Positions 58,645-64,000 of a stretch of DNA of 64,000 nucleotides are shown here, in pieces. Below the pieces are notes generated by a model. It was not told the DNA's origin and searched no databases. It was given only the letters and a program-made list of their open reading frames with translations. A program made the position numbers and the translations under genes. This DNA is from Bacteroidota bacterium (GTDB lineage: Bacteria > Bacteroidota > Bacteroidia > NORP154): NCBI GenBank assembly GCA_043811005.1, contig JBDRNO010000094.1, positions 319 through 64,318 on the forward strand, given 5' to 3'. The stretch's first letter is position 1; each line of letters begins with the position of its first letter.

Positions 58645-59286
58645 TTATGTAACTATATTTTCCCCTCTCTTCTCTGTTTCTTTTACCCCAAAAAACCTCT
58701 TTTGAAAAATAATTATTGTAATTACCCCGACAGTAATCGCAGAATCGGCAATGTTAAATACCGGTCTAAAAAAAATAAATTGCTCGGTTGCCCAAAACGG
58801 GAACCATGGGGGGAAGTGTCCTTCAATTACCGGGAAGTAAAACATATCCACTACTTTTCCATGCAGTAAGCCGGCATAACCGCCTTCTTCAGGCAGGAAT
58901 TCGGCTAACCGGCAGCTGCTTTCACTGAATATCATGCCATAAAATGTACTGTCTATAATATTTCCAAGCGCTCCTACAAATACCAACGACACACATATTA
59001 CAAGTCCACCATCGGCTTTCTTTTTTATAAGATCATATAAATACCATGCAATAACAAAAATTGCTATAATCCGGAAAATACTCAAAAATAATTTTCCTAA
59101 CTTTCCGCCAAACTCCAGCCCGAAAGCCATTCCTGAATTTTCGGTGAAATGAATAATGAACCAATCCCCTAAAATATTGTATTCCTGTCCCAGGTACATG
59201 TGGGTTTTTACCCAGAACTTCAACGCCTGATCAATAGCGAGAATTATAAAAATTATGATTACTATTTTTTTCAAAATAAACTCCAT
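58645..59286 (-). CDS. lspA: Lipoprotein signal peptidase (signal peptidase II)
   Basis: Four transmembrane segments with NSGMAFG, GNIIDS, VVDMF and FNIADS, the LspA conserved boxes including the catalytic Asp residues. Confidence 0.88.
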   Translation of the reverse strand: MEFILKKIVIIIFIILAIDQALKFWVKTHMYLGQEYNILGDWFIIHFTENSGMAFGLEFGGKLGKLFLSIFRIIAIFVIAWYLYDLIKKKADGGLVICVSLVFVGALGNIIDSTFYGMIFSESSCRLAEFLPEEGGYAGLLHGKVVDMFYFPVIEGHFPPWFPFWATEQFIFFRPVFNIADSAITVGVITIIIFQKRFFGVKETEKRGENIVT

Positions 59287-59335
59287 TTACCCTTATGGGT
59301 ATGGTTAGACACTATATTGTTTTCAATGCGAAACT

Positions 59336-59364
59336 ATAAAAAAACCCCCGGATTCCCGGGGGAA
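59336..59364 (-). terminator. Rho-independent terminator after the dksA/traR-like gene
   Basis: The minus strand reads cccccgg-gaat-ccggggg followed by TTTTTTT. Confidence 0.7.
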
Positions 59365-59410
59365 TACTTAAATCTTGAAAAAATATTTCAAATTGGAAAA
59401 TAGTGATTTA

Positions 59411-59809
59411 TTATTGTTGCATTTTTGCTTCAATGCTCAATGTTGCATGTGGGACGGCTATTAATCTTTCTTTAGATATCAGATTGCCGGTCACTCTGCA
59501 TATTCCATAGGTGCCGTTATTAATCCTGATCAAAGCATTCTCCAAATGCCCGATAAACTTTTTCTGCCTTGATGCAAGCTGTGCATTTTCCTCTTTTGAC
59601 AATACTGAAGAGCCTTCTTCCAACACCTTGAATGTTGGGGATGTATCATCTGTACCGTGGTCATCTTTATAAGAAATATTCCTTTTGAATAGTTCATATT
59701 CCTTCTTTGCCTTCTCTAATTTTTTGAGGATAATTTGCCTGAATTCTTCCAGCTCGGCAGAAGAATATTTACTTTTTGTTGTTTTTGATGTCGTATTTTC
59801 TTTTACCAT
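59411..59809 (-). CDS. DksA/TraR family protein (Bacteroidota type with a degenerate zinc finger)
   Basis: A coiled-coil N-terminal half is followed by ..RINNGTYGICRVTGNLISKERLIAVPHATLSIEAK, which matches the DksA/TraR C-terminal pattern. It lies downstream of ileS, as in many Bacteroidota. Confidence 0.7.
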   Translation of the reverse strand: MVKENTTSKTTKSKYSSAELEEFRQIILKKLEKAKKEYELFKRNISYKDDHGTDDTSPTFKVLEEGSSVLSKEENAQLASRQKKFIGHLENALIRINNGTYGICRVTGNLISKERLIAVPHATLSIEAKMQQ

Positions 59810-59823
59810 TTTATATGAATTTT

Positions 59824-62800
59824 TTATTGTCTCGAAATTTTAGTATTTTCAATAGAATTTATTTTGCGATGCTCTATTTTTATAACTAATATATATGTTT
59901 TTATTTCATCACCTAACTCAATTAATGATCCTTCTTTTGCATCAATATTCTCAATTATATCCAAAGAAGATGCTAAAGTTTCAGAGCAAATATAATGCAA
60001 ATTATTATTAATTGCCGAATTTATTGCTTTATTACTTTGAATTTTTAATAAAATTTTATCCGTTACCTCAAATTCTTTTTCTTTTCTCAGGTTTTGGATC
60101 TTGTTAACCAATTCGCGTGCAACTCCTTCTTCTTTTAATTTATCAGTGATAGTAATATCCAGGGCAATTGTCAGTGTTCCCATGCTTGAGACAAGCCATC
60201 CCGGAATGTCCTCTGATGTGATCTCAACATCATCAAGGGTTATTGCAATAGTTTCTCCATTAATTATTAATTCATACGAATTTCCTCTCTCAATTGTTTC
60301 AATTTCCTGTTTTTTTAATTGTTTTATTGCAGTTGTAATAGCTCCCATCTTCTTTCCATGCTTCGGTCCCAACACCTTAAAGTTAGGTTTGACCTTTTTT
60401 ATAAGGATTTCGGAATCATCGGCAAGATACTCTATTCCCTTAACATTTACTTCAGAAAGGATCAGGTCTTTAACAGATTCAAGTTGCTCTTTAAAATGCG
60501 TATCTAATACCGGCACCATTATTTTGTTCAATGGCTGGCGTACTTTTATCCTTTCTTTTTTTCGCAAGGAAAGGACCATTGAGGAAATATTTTGGGCAAT
60601 TTGCATGCGTTCTTCCAATTCTTTGTCTATTACAGATTTATCGAATTCAGTAAAGTCGGTTAAATGAACAGAGTTTACATCAAACCTGTTGGTTGGAATG
60701 TTTAGGTCGTAGAACAACCTGTCCATAAAAAAAGGAGCAATGGGGGCTGATAGTTGAGCAATGGTTATCAAACAATTGTATAATGTTTGATATGCAGCAA
60801 TTTTATCCTGTGAGTAATCACCTTTCCAGAATCTTCTTCTGCACAGGCGTACATACCAATTGCTTAAATGATCAACAACAAACTGCTGGATCGCCCTTCC
60901 CGCCTTTGTGGGTTCATAATCGTCATAATATGCTTCAACATTTTTAACAAGCGAGTTCAGCAGAGATATTATCCACCTGTCAATTTCAGGGCGGTCTTTC
61001 AAAGGAATTTCTTCTTCCTCATAAGCGAATCCGTCAATATTGGCATATAATGCATAGAATGCATAAGTATTATAAAATGTTCCGAAAAATTTTTTTCTGA
61101 CTTCATTAATTCCTTCCTCGTCAAATTTCAGGTTATCCCATGGCTGTGCATTGGTGATCATATACCAGCGGGTGGCGTCTGCTCCGTATTTTTCAATGAT
61201 TTCAAAAGGGTCTGCTGCATTACCCAGTCGCTTCGACATTTTATTGCCTTCCTTATCCAGCACCAGTCCGTGAGCTACAACATTTTTAAAAGCCACTGAA
61301 TCAAATAGCATTCCTGCTATCACATGTAATGTAAAGAACCATCCCCTTGTCTGGTCAACGCCTTCAGAAATAAAATCAGCCGGGAAATTTTCCCTGAACA
61401 CTTCCTTGTTCTCAAAAGGGTAATGCCATTGGGCATAAGGCATAGCGCCTGAATCAAACCATACATCAATCAGATCGGGTTCACGGAACATTTTCTTCCC
61501 CGAGGATGACACTAAGACAATTTCATCCACAAAGGGACGGTGCAGTTCAAAATTTTCCGGTAGCGGCTCTTTCATGACGCCAGCTTCTATTGCTTTGCTA
61601 ACTTCCTGTTTCAATTCCTCAACCGATCCGATACATTTCACCTCATTGCCATCCTCGCTAATCCACACTGGCAGGGGCGTTCCCCAAAAACGCGATCGTG
61701 AAAGATTCCAATCCTGTAAGTTTTCCAGCCAGTTGCCGAATCGCCCGGTTCCGGTGGATGCAGGTTTCCAGTTGATCGTGTTATTTAATTTTATTAATTT
61801 TTCTTTTACAGCAGTGGTCTTGATAAACCATGAGTCAAGCGGGTAGTACAGTATCGGTTTATCAGTTCGCCAGCAGTGAGGATAACTGTGTTTTTGCTTT
61901 CCTATCTTAAATGCTTTATTCTCTTCTGCAAGTTTAATGGCTACCAATACATCTGTTGATTTGTAACCAGGGTCTTTCAGAGTTTCCGGATCTTCAAACT
62001 CCTGCCTCACATATTTACCGGCAAAATCTGTAACTTCTTTTACAAAACGCCCCTGCTTGTCAACCAGGGGCATATCATTACCCTCATTATCTTTCACTAA
62101 AATTGAAGGTATTCCTTCCTGCTGGCATACCCTGAAGTCGTCAGCTCCAAAAACAGAAGCCGTATGTACGATCCCGGTTCCCTCTTCTGTAGATACAAAA
62201 TCGCCGGTTATAACCCTAAAAGCATCTCCGTCCGGCTGAACGTAAGGCATAAGCTGTTCATAGTATATTCCCTCCAATTCACTGCCTTTATGCTCAGTTG
62301 TAATCTGGTAAGGAATAGCTTTATCATCAGGATTATAGTCTTTTAATTTAAGGGTTTTTGCTTCTTCCGAAAAAAATTGATTTAAAAGGTCTTTTGCCAG
62401 GATCACGCTTATTGGTTGATGTGTGTATTGATTGAATGTCTTAACCTTTGCGTAGGTAATGTTTTTACCAACAGCCAATGCGCAGTTGGAGGGTAGTGTC
62501 CACGGTGTTGTAGTCCAGGCGAGGAAATAAACATTCTCCTCATTGCTGTCAAATAATCTTTCCGACTTTTCATCCCTAAGAACTTTAAACTGTGCCGTTA
62601 TGGAAACATCTGTAATATCACGATAGCAGCCCGGTAAATTTAGTTCGTGAGTACTTAAACCCGTTCCTGCAGCAGGAGAATAGGGCTGAATGGCGTAACC
62701 CTTGTATAGTAATCCTTTGTCATATAGTTGCTTTAGAAGATACCAAACGGATTCAATGTAATCATTTTCGTAAGTGATATACGGGTCATCAAGGTTAAGC

Positions 62801-63225
62801 CAGAAACCGATCTTTTTGGTCAGGTCATCCCAAACATCTTTATATCTCATCACTGCCTTGCGGCATTCGTCATTGTAATCTTTTATAGATATTTTTTTGC
62901 CTATATCTTCTTTCGTGATCCCTAAAGTTTTCTCAACATTCAATTCTACCGGTAAGCCGTGTGTATCCCATCCGGCTTTTCGTTTAACCTGAAATCCTTT
63001 TAATGTTTTATAGCGGCAAAAAATATCCTTTAATGTTCTTGAGGTTACATGGTGAATGCCAGGTAAGCCATTGGCAGAAGGTGGACCTTCATGGAAAATA
63101 TATGCAGGTTTGCCTTCACGGTTTGAGATACTTTTATCAAATATCTTATTCTCCTCCCAGTATTTTAAAACATCCTTCCCTATTTGAGACAGGTCGAGAG
63201 ACTTATATTCAGTGTATTTTTTCAT
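59824..63225 (-). CDS. ileS: Isoleucyl-tRNA synthetase (type 2)
   Basis: HEGPPSANGLPGIHH (HIGH), KMSKRLGN (KMSKS) and the CP1 editing domain. 1133 aa. Confidence 0.96.
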   Translation of the reverse strand: MKKYTEYKSLDLSQIGKDVLKYWEENKIFDKSISNREGKPAYIFHEGPPSANGLPGIHHVTSRTLKDIFCRYKTLKGFQVKRKAGWDTHGLPVELNVEKTLGITKEDIGKKISIKDYNDECRKAVMRYKDVWDDLTKKIGFWLNLDDPYITYENDYIESVWYLLKQLYDKGLLYKGYAIQPYSPAAGTGLSTHELNLPGCYRDITDVSITAQFKVLRDEKSERLFDSNEENVYFLAWTTTPWTLPSNCALAVGKNITYAKVKTFNQYTHQPISVILAKDLLNQFFSEEAKTLKLKDYNPDDKAIPYQITTEHKGSELEGIYYEQLMPYVQPDGDAFRVITGDFVSTEEGTGIVHTASVFGADDFRVCQQEGIPSILVKDNEGNDMPLVDKQGRFVKEVTDFAGKYVRQEFEDPETLKDPGYKSTDVLVAIKLAEENKAFKIGKQKHSYPHCWRTDKPILYYPLDSWFIKTTAVKEKLIKLNNTINWKPASTGTGRFGNWLENLQDWNLSRSRFWGTPLPVWISEDGNEVKCIGSVEELKQEVSKAIEAGVMKEPLPENFELHRPFVDEIVLVSSSGKKMFREPDLIDVWFDSGAMPYAQWHYPFENKEVFRENFPADFISEGVDQTRGWFFTLHVIAGMLFDSVAFKNVVAHGLVLDKEGNKMSKRLGNAADPFEIIEKYGADATRWYMITNAQPWDNLKFDEEGINEVRKKFFGTFYNTYAFYALYANIDGFAYEEEEIPLKDRPEIDRWIISLLNSLVKNVEAYYDDYEPTKAGRAIQQFVVDHLSNWYVRLCRRRFWKGDYSQDKIAAYQTLYNCLITIAQLSAPIAPFFMDRLFYDLNIPTNRFDVNSVHLTDFTEFDKSVIDKELEERMQIAQNISSMVLSLRKKERIKVRQPLNKIMVPVLDTHFKEQLESVKDLILSEVNVKGIEYLADDSEILIKKVKPNFKVLGPKHGKKMGAITTAIKQLKKQEIETIERGNSYELIINGETIAITLDDVEITSEDIPGWLVSSMGTLTIALDITITDKLKEEGVARELVNKIQNLRKEKEFEVTDKILLKIQSNKAINSAINNNLHYICSETLASSLDIIENIDAKEGSLIELGDEIKTYILVIKIEHRKINSIENTKISRQ

Positions 63226-63329
63226 TTCTTCCTCACTATTATCTATTTTTAAAAGGTTGCAAATTTAATAATATCGCGGAATTTTATTAAAATTAAGAAC
63301 ATAACTTCGTAAGTTTATTGAAAAATATT

Positions 63330-63397
63330 GCCACTAAAGCTCAAAAGCACAAAATCTCACTAAATTTTTCTTTTGTGAAATTTAGTGTTTTTGCGGC
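63330..63397. mobile_element. 68-bp hairpin element (GCCAC...GCGGC) flanked by an 8-bp direct repeat
   Basis: AAAATATT (63322-63329) and AAAATATT (63398-63405) flank gccactaaagctcaaaagcacaaaatctCACTAAATTTttcttttgtgAAATTTAGTGtttttgcggc. Family members lie at 22046-22170 and 12275-12300. Confidence 0.6.
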
Positions 63398-63529
63398 AAA
63401 ATATTGAAGTTCCGATACGATTAAATAATGTATCTTAGCAAAAAAATATTATTTGAACTTTTGTTCTATTATTAAAAGAACATAGCTTTACAAGCTAATT
63501 AATCCGATACATTAAAAAAACAAACAACT

Positions 63530-64000
63530 ATGAGCACAGAAGTAAAAACCCTTGAACCCAAAGCATTATGGAATAATTTTGCTGACCTTAATGCTATTCC
63601 GAGACCATCAAAAAAAGAAGAAAAAGTAATCCTGTTCATCAAAGATTTCGGTGAAAAGCTGGGACTTGAAACCATGCAAGACGAAACCGGAAATGTGATC
63701 ATCAAAAAACCTGCGAGTTCAGGTATGGAAAACAGAACAACAGTTGTGTTACAAGGTCACTTAGACATGGTTCATCAGAAAAACACAAACACTGAATTTG
63801 ATTTTGACAAACAGGGTATTCAAATGATCGTTGACGGAGACTGGGTAAGAGCGGATGGAACTACCCTTGGTGCCGACAACGGAATTGGTATAGCTTCTGC
63901 CATGACCATCCTCGCCTCTGTTGATATTGAGCATCCGCCTATTGAAGCCCTTTTCACCATTGATGAAGAGACGGGCATGACCGGAGCTATGGGATTGAAA
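63530..64000 (+). CDS. pepD: Aminoacyl-histidine dipeptidase (PepD, M20 family); partial, continues past the window end
   Basis: My own translation MSTEVKTLEPKALWNNFADLNAIPRPSKKEE...GNVIIKKPASSGMENRTTVVLQGHLDMVHQKN...GTTLGADNGIGIASAMTIL...FTIDEETGMTGAMGL is collinear with E. coli PepD as I recall it. Confidence 0.88.
   Translation, partial: MSTEVKTLEPKALWNNFADLNAIPRPSKKEEKVILFIKDFGEKLGLETMQDETGNVIIKKPASSGMENRTTVVLQGHLDMVHQKNTNTEFDFDKQGIQMIVDGDWVRADGTTLGADNGIGIASAMTILASVDIEHPPIEALFTIDEETGMTGAMGLK

Overview
The window looks like a low-GC Bacteroidota chromosomal segment. The evidence is several type IX secretion (T9SS) cargo proteins, a PorP/SprF gene, a gldA-like ABC ATPase, and TAnnTTTG-type -7 promoter boxes. 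I can support about 48 protein genes, mostly housekeeping: coaX, gpmI, metK, rsgA, dtd, atpDC, ribF, pcrB-like, tyrS, tatA, asd, lspA, ileS, pepD. There is also one tRNA-Phe(GAA) and one TPP riboswitch leading a roughly 9-kb thiamine operon (thiS, thiC, thiE-like, thiD, thiE, thiG, thiH, thiF). Five large T9SS surface proteins are present.

Accessory content:
- a Fic gene;
- a DUF4143-type AAA ATPase;
- a DUF4160/DUF2442 pair;
- a tightly coupled three-gene operon (35674-38477) whose large protein ends in a HEPN-like R-x4-H motif. This operon is my best candidate for an uncharacterised defence or toxin module.

The most striking sequence-level feature is the density of short palindromic, MITE-like elements.
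- Several sit in frame inside conserved genes without breaking the reading frame (clear in gpmI, thiG, dtd and a GT9 glycosyltransferase; probable in pcrB, thiH and a T9SS tail).
- Others abut stop codons or separate genes of the thi operon.
- One is flanked by what looks like a target-site duplication.

I found no rRNA, CRISPR array, transposase or integrase. All calls come from reading the sequence and ORF track by eye. No database search or GC calculation was possible.
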